A DNA stretch of 46,727 bases from Corallochytrium limacisporum Hawaii (lineage: Eukaryota > Protista > Pluriformea), in assembly GCA_002811645.1 (NCBI GenBank), contig PDIP01000111.1, positions 44,739 through 91,465 on the forward strand, read 5' to 3'. The notes below the pieces were generated by a model, which worked only from the letters and a program-made list of their open reading frames with translations, did not search any database and was not told where the DNA came from. The stretch's first letter is position 1, and each line of letters begins with the position of its first letter. Position numbers and translations under genes: made by a program. Positions 8,661 through 18,489 of the stretch are shown piece by piece.

Positions 8661-11600
8661 TCATCCGTGCTGCTGACTCTCCCTACCACGGGACATCGCC
8701 TGCACTACCGCTTGCAGTAGTGAAGCCTGTTCATTGGCCATCTGCTGCAAAGTGGCCGCCTCAGGTTCCGACATTTCGTTGCAGAGCCGGTACATGTTGT
8801 CTGCTAGATCGAGAGCGCGACGTATTTGGTGTTCATTGTCGGCCAGAGCAAGAGCCTGCGCCCAGTCCTCATCATCGATCCAGCCGTCGCTGAACTCCTG
8901 CTCATTCGGGAATGCTGGACGCTGCGCGTTGGCAGCAGCGTACGCCCGACCGGAAGCCGAGGCCTGCTGCGATATCACCGGCCGCGGGGGGATGACCGGC
9001 GTCGCCTTACCTGTCCGCAGTGCCCCAAGGTCGACGGGCACTTCGTTAGTGGAATCAACAGACATCGACGAAGTCAACGGTCGGTGCGAAACAGTAGCAC
9101 TGCGGCCGTGGCGTGGTTTCATGGAACTGATAGGGTTGTTGTAGAGCTCACTGCTGTCCGCGGAGGGACTCCTCTGCGGGCTCGCACTGACATTGCGGCG
9201 AGGGCGCACCGGCGCCACAGCCCCAGATGTGCCATAGTTGCCGCCACCGTCGGATGCATATGCCGTATGTGGACGTGCAGCAATTGGTGGTCTGGGCATG
9301 GGCGGCATGCGCGCCGTTTTCGCCTGCCACTGTGTCGCAGCACTTTGCTCTTCGTCCGACATGCGGTGCTGCCCCTGCCACCCGTCGACCACTCTGCGCG
9401 TCCCTATTGACTGTCCACCGATGGCAAAGCCTTCATCGTTGCCATCATAGTCGTTCTCGTGCTCATCTTCCGCAATGCTCGTCTCCGAACCCGTCGGAGC
9501 TGGCCCGCCTTCTCCAGCGCCAGCAGCACTGTTTCCGCGGAAAGAGTTCTGCAGCGATGAAGGTCCAGAGTCAGCAAAGGCACTGCGCATTCCCGCGCCA
9601 ATCTTCGGCACACCCGAACTGCTATTCAATGTGGCGGCCCGGGAGCGTGAGCTGGTGCCGTGGTCCACACTCGAACTGCGGCGGTGCTTTACCCAGCCCG
9701 AGGCCGCATCTGCGAGGGCTTTAGCTTGCTCCTGATTTTGACTATTGCCCCCAGGAGAAGGGTATGGTGCTCCGCCACCCATGCGTGCCGGTGGAGTGCT
9801 GGGGGTGCCAGGAGATTCGCGCACGCCGGTCACCGTGTCCGGAGAGGCCGGGATGGTGTTGATGTCCGGCTTGGACAACCGCAAACTTTCGGTTCCAGTG
9901 CTACGCTGGCTCTCACCATCTCCATTCTCCGACTCGGAAAAGCGTCGCTGAAGGGACTCTCGCCGTGAATTCTTTTGGCCCGCCTCTTCTTCGTTCTGCA
10001 GCTTGCGGGCCACCCGCTTTAGACCGGTCACAGTCTGCAGGGCCTGCCAAAGTTCCTCAGACTTTGCGTCAAAGCGTTTCTTTGCATACGGTCCCTGTGT
10101 ACCCTTCAATTGGTTAATTTCATTGTGCAAAATCTCGATGCGGGTCTGGTGCTGGGACAGTAAGTCTTCCACCTGGGCCAGCGAGGCGGTCCGAAGCAGT
10201 TCGCCCTCGTCCAGGACGCCGCGTTCCTCCTTCTCCACAATCTGTTGCTTCTTTACATCCTGAGCATTCATCTTGGGTTCCTGTTGGAGAGACAGTTGCC
10301 AGGCGCTATCTTCGTCTTCGAACCATAGATTGTCTAGATAGTTGTTGAGCGCAAAAATTGGCTCCACGTAGAATGGAATGCTCTGCATGTGCAGAATCTG
10401 ATTCACGATCACGTCGATCTTCTTCTTGCACTCTTCTTCTTTGCCCGCGAGGGCCGTGTACACATAGACAATGTCAGTGAGGAACATACCCAGAAACGGA
10501 ATGATTGGCGGCTTCGCCTCCGAGACCAGTTCGCGGAGCTTAGCAGAATTCTGATCCTCGCTCAACTGCTCTGCAATACGATCCAGGTTGGCCTTCGCCT
10601 TGGCGCTTACTAGGGGCCACGTCTTCTTCAGACGGTGCACCGGAGAACTCTGCAGGCCAGCGACAATGGCCTTCATGCTGTTGAAATTCTGTAGTCCCCC
10701 GCATTCGATGGCAATCTGGATCCAATGTTCAATGATCCTAGCCCGGTCCTTGGCGTTGGGGCGCTCAAGTACCTTGGTCATCACGAATAGAGTAATCTCA
10801 TTGAACCGCCCGATGAATGCCATAATGTTCGGTGCCCGTTCGTATTTGTCCTTCTTAGTCCACCACGCGTTCCGGTATTCTTGCTCCCGAATTGCAACAA
10901 ACAGACGTGAGTCAGTGACCGTGAACTGCTGCGCCACGTCCTTGGCCACAAAACGATCAAACTCGACGTCCAGGGCACCGTAGTAGGTATAGTCGTGGAA
11001 GCAGTTGCGAAAGTGATGGTATGCGTCTCGAACCCGTTGCTTCGTTTCCTCACTGGGCTGATTTCGTGATGACTTACCATTGGCCCTAGCACCACCGTCA
11101 GCGTCATCACCTGAGTCTGCCGCTGTCTTGGAGACCTGAGAACCGCTGTCGCTGCTTAACAGCTCCTTCAGTCCACTCTCTTTTCCCTTTGATGTCGTGA
11201 CGCTGTTGATGAGTGTCTTCTTGAAAACCTGCTCAAAATATTTGACCACGAAGTGGCGATCTCTACTGTTGGCATTGACATATTTCCACGCCTGCGTAAG
11301 GAAATCTTCTTTGAACGCCTTGATTGCCTTAATGTACAACGGATCCTTGAGCGATGGATTGGCTAGTTCAACTTCGAACCGGTGCTGAATCAGGTAGATT
11401 GATGTCTTGGTCACCCGTGCACTGGTGTTGTACTGGGGCTTCTCCGCCTGCACCTCGACAAGTGTGCCATGCAGAGCACTATCTTCGTCTGACTGTGAAC
11501 CACGCACTCCACCGGAGGTTGGTCGTTTGATGTATCTTCCGGAGTCCAGCGTCTCGTACGCTCCCGGCCGCTGCAAACACCGTCCGAGAGAATTGCGGCA

Positions 11601-12200
11601 GTTCTCGTGCACCACCACGTCGCAGAGCTGGCATCGCAAGATGCTGCGATTTAAGAAGAGCTGCTTAGCGCTGTGCAAGGATTTGGCGCACACCTGGCAA
11701 TTGCCTGTGGCACTACTGTCGGTGACGAACGTGTGGACCCGCGCATCCCGGTTGGGATATCCGCTCTGTGATCCATTCTCTTCCAAACCACTGCTGCCGT
11801 CGCTGCCTGCAGAGGGTCGGGCCTTGTCGGATAGGCTGGCATTGAAATTGCGCCCGTCATGTTCCTGGGATCCGTCCGACGACTTGTCTCGTCGGTGTGA
11901 CATTATTCCGAGAATGCCTCCCGAGTTCGTCTGACTTACTGTTCCCGACCCTTCCATCTCGCCTTCTTGTGCAAATCTGTCCTTGTCCTTTGAGTTGCCC
12001 GAGATTAGGGTCTCCGCGCGCCGTCGCAAGCCTTTGAAGACAGATTTGCTGGAGTCATGGCCGCTGCTGTCTGATTTGCCGTGTCCACCTGGGCTACCGC
12101 TGCTGGGAGGATCTCCCAGTGGCGGAATCTCTAAGTCATCCTCAGACAATTTATCCCGCGTAAGCCGCCGACTATTGGCTGGCCGTGTGGCTGTGGACAT
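8661..12200 (-). CDS. Ras-family guanine nucleotide exchange factor (CDC25 domain) with N-terminal C1 zinc finger
   Basis: C1 pattern H-x11-C-x2-C...C-x2-C-x4-H-x2-C-x6-C. CDC25 domain motifs APNIMAFIGRFNEI, LQNFNSMKAIVAGLQSSPVHRLKKTW and PPIIPFLGMFLTDI. caccATG start context. Confidence 0.9.
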   Translation of the reverse strand: MSTATRPANSRRLTRDKLSEDDLEIPPLGDPPSSGSPGGHGKSDSSGHDSSKSVFKGLRRRAETLISGNSKDKDRFAQEGEMEGSGTVSQTNSGGILGIMSHRRDKSSDGSQEHDGRNFNASLSDKARPSAGSDGSSGLEENGSQSGYPNRDARVHTFVTDSSATGNCQVCAKSLHSAKQLFLNRSILRCQLCDVVVHENCRNSLGRCLQRPGAYETLDSGRYIKRPTSGGVRGSQSDEDSALHGTLVEVQAEKPQYNTSARVTKTSIYLIQHRFEVELANPSLKDPLYIKAIKAFKEDFLTQAWKYVNANSRDRHFVVKYFEQVFKKTLINSVTTSKGKESGLKELLSSDSGSQVSKTAADSGDDADGGARANGKSSRNQPSEETKQRVRDAYHHFRNCFHDYTYYGALDVEFDRFVAKDVAQQFTVTDSRLFVAIREQEYRNAWWTKKDKYERAPNIMAFIGRFNEITLFVMTKVLERPNAKDRARIIEHWIQIAIECGGLQNFNSMKAIVAGLQSSPVHRLKKTWPLVSAKAKANLDRIAEQLSEDQNSAKLRELVSEAKPPIIPFLGMFLTDIVYVYTALAGKEEECKKKIDVIVNQILHMQSIPFYVEPIFALNNYLDNLWFEDEDSAWQLSLQQEPKMNAQDVKKQQIVEKEERGVLDEGELLRTASLAQVEDLLSQHQTRIEILHNEINQLKGTQGPYAKKRFDAKSEELWQALQTVTGLKRVARKLQNEEEAGQKNSRRESLQRRFSESENGDGESQRSTGTESLRLSKPDINTIPASPDTVTGVRESPGTPSTPPARMGGGAPYPSPGGNSQNQEQAKALADAASGWVKHRRSSSVDHGTSSRSRAATLNSSSGVPKIGAGMRSAFADSGPSSLQNSFRGNSAAGAGEGGPAPTGSETSIAEDEHENDYDGNDEGFAIGGQSIGTRRVVDGWQGQHRMSDEEQSAATQWQAKTARMPPMPRPPIAARPHTAYASDGGGNYGTSGAVAPVRPRRNVSASPQRSPSADSSELYNNPISSMKPRHGRSATVSHRPLTSSMSVDSTNEVPVDLGALRTGKATPVIPPRPVISQQASASGRAYAAANAQRPAFPNEQEFSDGWIDDEDWAQALALADNEHQIRRALDLADNMYRLCNEMSEPEAATLQQMANEQASLLQAVVQAMSRGRESQQHG

Positions 12201-12876
12201 GGTGTAGCCTAAACTTTGAACTATCGTAATTCCCTATGCACTCGGCAATGTGCGGAGTTTACATGTTGCTTCTGTCTGTTATTTCTGTGCGCTGTAGCCA
12301 GTCACTGCTTTGTAGAATCTGTCGTGTATTTGTAAAGTGTATATGGCCACAACACCCCGGTCACTGTTTTTTCAACTCAAGTTCTAATCATTTTAGGAAC
12401 ATCATTTGGCATTCTTAGTTTTGTGGTTGTGCGTAGGGGCTCTCGTACCTTTACCAGGACGACTGATTAGCAAACCCAACTAGAACACCGCCGCACCATT
12501 ATCTCAATATTCTGCATGGAAAGGTGTCATTCCCTTTAATGTCTTTGTCACGCGTACTTCCGCCCAAAGAATCCAGGAGAGCACAACCCCATTGAGGCAT
12601 TGGCGCACACAACCCCATTAATGTTTCCAAAAGAATCCCCATTTTTCTGATGCTCCCGACCCCTGGCTTTCGCCTTCGGCGCCATTTCCTGATGAAAAAA
12701 TCGGTGTGTGGCTGGGTCGCAAGGTTGGGAAGAGAGAGAGAGAGCGCGAGGACGAAGGAGGAAAAAAGGAAAAGAGTAGGGCACAAGTGTGTGTGTGGGG
12801 GGGGGGGGCTAATGAGTTACACCGGAAAAAGTTAACCGGCTCAACACCACCCCCTCTCTCTCCTTTCTTCCCTAAC

Positions 12877-13024
12877 CTCTCTCTCTATCTCTCTCTCTCT
12901 CTCGCTCGCTGCTGAACACCGACCCGAGCGAAGCAGGGAAGGGGGGAGAGAGAGAGGCACAGCGAGACCCTCCCTACCCCGTGACAATTTTTTCCCTCTC
13001 TCTCTCTCTCTTTCTCTCTCTCTC
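12877..13024. repeat. (CT)n/(GA)n microsatellite cluster
   Basis: CT tracts at ~12877-12903 and ~12997-13024, GA tract at ~12945-12956. Confidence 0.9.
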
Positions 13025-13170
13025 CTTTTTTTTGTCATTTTTTTCTCTCACTCGTTCATTTTTCGCTTTTTGTTGGGTCTCTATCGCTTTTTTTGCTTTT
13101 GTGTATGTCTCTCTCCCTCCCTCGGTCCCCCCCTTTTTTTCGGCTGATGGCTTTCTCCGTTCCCCCCCCC

Positions 13171-13815
13171 NNNNNNNNNNNNNNNNNNNNNNNNNNNNNN
13201 NNNNNNNNNNNNNNNNNNNNNNNNNNNNNNNNNNNNNNNNNNNNNNNNNNNNNNNNNNNNNNNNNNNNNNNNNNNNNNNNNNNNNNNNNNNNNNNNNNNN
13301 NNNNNNNNNNNNNNNNNNNNNNNNNNNNNNNNNNNNNNNNNNNNNNNNNNNNNNNNNNNNNNNNNNNNNNNNNNNNNNNNNNNNNNNNNNNNNNNNNNNN
13401 NNNNNNNNNNNNNNNNNNNNNNNNNNNNNNNNNNNNNNNNNNNNNNNNNNNNNNNNNNNNNNNNNNNNNNNNNNNNNNNNNNNNNNNNNNNNNNNNNNNN
13501 NNNNNNNNNNNNNNNNNNNNNNNNNNNNNNNNNNNNNNNNNNNNNNNNNNNNNNNNNNNNNNNNNNNNNNNNNNNNNNNNNNNNNNNNNNNNNNNNNNNN
13601 NNNNNNNNNNNNNNNNNNNNNNNNNNNNNNNNNNNNNNNNNNNNNNNNNNNNNNNNNNNNNNNNNNNNNNNNNNNNNNNNNNNNNNNNNNNNNNNNNNNN
13701 NNNNNNNNNNNNNNNNNNNNNNNNNNNNNNNNNNNNNNNNNNNNNNNNNNNNNNNNNNNNNNNNNNNNNNNNNNNNNNNNNNNNNNNNNNNNNNNNNNNN
13801 NNNNNNNNNNNNNNN
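13171..13815. other. Assembly gap (645 N)
   Basis: Run of N flanked by C-rich tracts. Confidence 1.
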
Positions 13816-14070
13816 CACCCCCCTTTCTCCCCTCCTCCCCTCCCCCTTCCCTCTCTTCCTCGCTTGCGCTCTCTGCGTGCTTTTGCCCTCGGAGGTGGCC
13901 CACCACCCCAAAAATTTTGATGGCGAAAGGGCTGCCCGGGGAAGGGAGCGGGGGGGGGGGACAAAACAGAAAAAAAAAGACCAAAGCGGGTAAAAGTCCC
14001 GCAGATTTCGCATAGAAAATGAATCACAACGCAGGGAAAATTCTAAAAAGGAAAAAAAATAGAGGGAGAA

Positions 14071-14107
14071 ACACACACACACACACACACACACGCAAAA
14101 GCAGAGC

Positions 14108-14167
<60 letters not shown>

Positions 14168-14243
14168 TGTCGGGGAATGCATCGGATAACGAAGTGGGTG
14201 TGGAATGGAGGCCCCCACACACACACACACACACACGCAAAAG

Positions 14244-14289
<46 letters not shown>

Positions 14290-14340
14290 TGTCGGGGAAT
14301 GCATCGGATAACGAAGTGGGTGTGGAATGGAGGCCCCCAC
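14071..14340. repeat. Two-copy tandem repeat: (AC)n-gcaaaag-(GA)n-54 bp unique core
   Basis: The core tggtgtcggggaatgcatcggataacgaagtgggtgtggaatggaggcccccac is identical at 14165-14218 and 14287-14340. Confidence 0.95.
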
Positions 14341-16560
14341 CGGGAGAGCCTCCCGGTGTCAGGGAAAGGGGGAAGGTGGAATCATGCACGATCTCCTCCT
14401 CCCCCTCCCCCCCTCCTCCTCCTCCTTCCCTTTTTTTTCCCTTTGAGCAAGCAAGGAGGGGACATGAAACGAATGATGGGAAGGCAGGGGTTGGCCCGGG
14501 TTGGGGAAGGGGGACGGACCGCTTGCGGCCTCAGCTGCTGACTCTTGGTATTTTTTTTCAAGAAATTCCTGATTAAGAGAGAGAGTGTGAGGGTGTGTGC
14601 TCTGGGTTTTCTTTTTTCGTTTGTCATTGGGGTAAGAGATTTTTCCCCTTTGTTCAGGCCTAGTTGGCCTGGAGGGGCCGGAACGGCCTCGCCAGGTCAC
14701 CTCCACCAAACCCCCTTCTTCCCTTCCCCGATGTGTGTCGGCAACCTTCCCGGGTGTATGGACTTATTCCCATCTCTCCCATACTTGTAGGGGGCAGGAC
14801 CGGGGCCCATGCTGCCGGTACACTTGCTATGTAGTCGCGCTACCAATTTTCGTTCGGTCCCCCTTTGGACCTGTGTTCCGGTGCGGAGGGTGGGTCTCTC
14901 TCTTTGGGATCAGTCTCTCAACCCTTTATCGCTGCTGCCGATTCTTATTTTGCCTGGAGACGGGACGCCAGGGGAGTCTAATTTCACAGCTGACCCACCC
15001 GAGGGGAAGTTTTATACATTTTCAATGACATCGCGGAGTCGATTTTTGACAAGTTTTTTTTCTTTTAAAGAAAAGCCACCGCAAACCCTCCGTTTCCCCT
15101 GTCCAGCTTTTCTCCTTTTTTTTTTTTTGAGATCTTTGTTCCCGGCGCGGGTTACTTTTCTTCCTCTCGGATGAGAGTGAGCTCTCTCCTTGTGCTATGT
15201 ACGGCACGGCAGACCCCGAAACTGCGTATGCTGAGAGTCCGGTAGTTTGTTTATTTCTTCGGCTCACACTTCGGTCTCTGTTTTTTTTTCTGTTTTTTTT
15301 TTTTTTTTGGTCTTTCGTTTGTTGGTAGACTGACACCTCAGCGACTGGGGAGGGTTAAACAAGGGCGAGTGAGAGAGAAAGAGAGAGAGAGACTGGAGGA
15401 GGGGTGGGGGGAGATCGGGGCCGGAATAAATTGGCACCACTTAACCGTCTGACGTCCGATGCTTTCTTTCTTTTCTTCAAAACCCACCCAGGTCCTCCTC
15501 CTGCTTTTCCTTTGCTTTTGTATATAATACACCAACTGGCAAATGACATAGCCGCAGTGTCTGTTTAGTACTGGTACATTCGAGGGTGCTGAGTTCGAAT
15601 CTGTCAAAATTTTCCCGCTCTCCCAAGCGACGGCAGAGCTAAATCAAAAAGAGTAGATTTGATACAATATTCCCAGACAGAGGGTGGTATTTCCTAAATT
15701 ATAAGACTGTCTGAGTAGAGAAAATTTTTCTTCGTGTTTTAACGGGTCTTCCGTTAATTTTTCATGCCACATCAGCAAACACACAGACACTGGCAAAGTA
15801 TCAGCTGGTACCCCTCCCTCCCAGCCCCATTTTGTCCCTCGTTTCAATAAGAAGAAAAAAATGTATGCAAACCAGACCCCAGCCCCTTTCTTCTTTGCTG
15901 ACTTCATCTCTATTGTTTTCCTCTCTCTGTCTCTCTCTGTCCTGGGTATCCTGTTCTTTAGTACATTCACTACCGGGCTTGCACGTTGTTGCCCCCCCCC
16001 CGTCCGCTCCCTGAGTAATTCTCTCCCCTTTTTTTTCTTCTTTCGCACCCGCTCCTAGCCAAACCGCTCCCATTTCCGTACTAAAAGTACCGCGAGATTC
16101 TGCCAAGAGTGACTACAGAGACAGAGAGAGGAGCGAGAGGCTTGTCGTTGTTGCGAGTGGACGGAGTGGAGTTGGGCAGCAGGCACCTAAGAATATAAAA
16201 TGCCACACACGCACAAGTCTCTCCCTCCCTCCCTCTCTCTCTCTCTCTCTCTACGATTCCGACTGGCCGGACAACACCAGCCCGGCGGCGGGGAGGGAGG
16301 AGGTCGGCGTGGGAATGGCGCGGGTGTGTGTGAGTCAGGTCGCAAGGGAGACGATGGGCACACACAACCCCCAGCACTGCGGGCAAAAGGAGGAGGAGAG
16401 GCCAAGAGAAAGGAATTTTTCCTACCCTCCCCACAAAGCGGTGCGAGATTTTGCCTTTGGGCCCTAGTGGTAGTACGCGCCACGGTGTTGTGCCTCGCGG
16501 TTTCCCGCAAAACGCGCTTACCTGTCTGTCATTCCCTCTCTCTCTCTCTCTCTCTCACGG

Positions 16561-16615
16561 CAGCAAGCCACCAGCAGCAAGCCACCACCAGCAAGCCACC
16601 AGCAGCAGCGGCAGC
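16561..16615. repeat. Minisatellite, about 3 copies of cagcaagccacc(a)
   Basis: cagcaagccaccag cagcaagccaccac cagcaagccaccag cagcagc. Confidence 0.85.
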
Positions 16616-17889
16616 AAATGGCTCTTTGCACTTTCAAGCAACTGAACGCTGTCTCTCATGGTTGGGCTGCTCGGTGTTCCGGTGTAAAAACAGGGGGAAG
16701 GAGGCCATTTTGGCTGGGAAACTCTCTACAAGGAAATCTTTCCTTCTTGCCTCAGCCTCCCCCCTCCCCCTCCCCCTCCTTCCCTTTTCCGTCTCTCCTC
16801 CTTTGTCTGCCGCCCGGGGAAAGGGAGGGGGGGGGTTTGACTTCCTCTCTAACCCCGTTGCTTGCCATCCTGACATCAACATCAGCTGTCGTCCGTCCGC
16901 CTGGGGGTTTCCTGGCCGGATGGATGTGTAGTGTGGCAGGGTTGGGTATGATATGTTTAGACGGTGGGCGGAGTAGGCAACTGCAATACACTGACGTAGT
17001 GTGCTTTTATCTCATGGTGTGTTTGGGCGGGTGTGAGAGGAGGCGAGAGCCTCTGGATCTCTCTCCCCTTTGACTCACTCTCTGCGCCATCGAGCAGATT
17101 CTTTGTCGTGTTTCCTGGTCGGTAAGAAGCTGTATGGACCGGATTGACTTCATCTCTTTCTGATGCGCGTGTGTTCATGTCCGTTTTGCTGTTTTTTTCT
17201 TCAAAATGGTGGTTTTGATGTTTCATGCTCACTCTGCACCAGCAAGCGATGAAGCACTGTGAAGCACCGTTGCGCTCGCCACCAGCGCGGACTACTGGTT
17301 TTTTTTTTGGCTGTTTTCCGATGCTTCACTCTGTGTCCCACCGGGAGTGTAACATGAGTGTGCTCCGGTGCATGGGCAATTCTGGTGGTGGTACCTGTTG
17401 GTCACCTTCGTGCAAGGAACACGCACCACCAACCCCCCTTTGGCCCGAAGGTGCGGCAGCGGAGAAGTCATAGACATTGGACGCAAGCTCGGCATCTGCA
17501 TCACACCATCTCCACCTTACCCACGCGTTCAAAATAGCCCTGAAGGTCCCAAAGCACCTTGTCGGTCGGAGATTCACATGCGGGCAGCTCAGCGATCCAT
17601 CTACCACAGCAATCTGTTAGTGGGTACGCTCACCCTTCAAACGGAAAGCATGTGATTGCACAGGTGTGCCTATCTATCTGTGTGTGAGTCTAGGGTACGC
17701 AAAAATATCTTCCCCTGTGAGGGCAATTACGGTGGGCCGCCCCCCCCTCCCTTCCCTTCCGAGAACGACTTCACTACTGACCGTGTACTGTTGCGATAGG
17801 GGGGTAGGGGAGGGGTTTGGACCGTAATAGTCTCACCATACTGCTCGCGTCCCGACGCGTATGGCGTTGTGCTTTGGCGTATTTGTCGC

Positions 17890-17917
17890 GAGAGAGAGAG
17901 AGAGAGAGAGAGAGAGA
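17890..17917. repeat. (GA)n microsatellite
   Basis: Perfect GA run. Confidence 0.95.
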
Positions 17918-18489
17918 ACCCCTCGGTTGGCAGTACTACTATCTACGAGTTGGGAGGAAGGGGGGAGGGGCTGCCAAGCGGGCAAGATAACCAGGCGCAA
18001 CCCCTGCCCTGAATGGAAACCAGATGGGTAGGATGATGTGCAACGGATGATTGGCGGTGAAGAATGATGATGAGGTACCGTGTGCGCCGACTTGGTTGTC
18101 GATGGTACGTGGTATATGTATGTCTAATTCAGGAAAAGTCAACTTCACAACATGTCTAATGCTTGGATGATGTTGAGATGATATGAACGCCATGACTTTA
18201 TTGATGTATGGGAGACAGGGGAGGATGGGGAATTCCCGCCTGTGGTCTGATGATAAATGATGTCGGTTGATGATGATGTATGTCAGTGACCTGAAAAGTG
18301 TGTACAACGTATGTACGTATGTACGTACATATTGCTTCATGTGCGTTGGCACTGTTCTAACTCGTTGCTTGCGCACCGTGTGTCGCCTGTTGCACGAGCG
18401 ACCCATCCACCCACAGGGAGGAGGAGGAGTTGCGCAGAAGAACAACGGCCATGTCGTGACGGTTCAGGAAACAGTGGAAGTAGCTACGC

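Noticed and set aside
12974-14389. Long ORFs in the track spanning the gap and microsatellites
   Set aside because: Artefacts of the N-run and dinucleotide repeats.
15544-15606. B-box-like gagttcgaatc suggesting a tRNA or SINE
   Set aside because: The T-arm does not pair and no cloverleaf can be built.
18030-18300. Multiple TGATGA and CTGA motifs suggesting C/D snoRNAs
   Set aside because: (GAT)n low-complexity bias; no terminal stems or recognisable rRNA-antisense guides.
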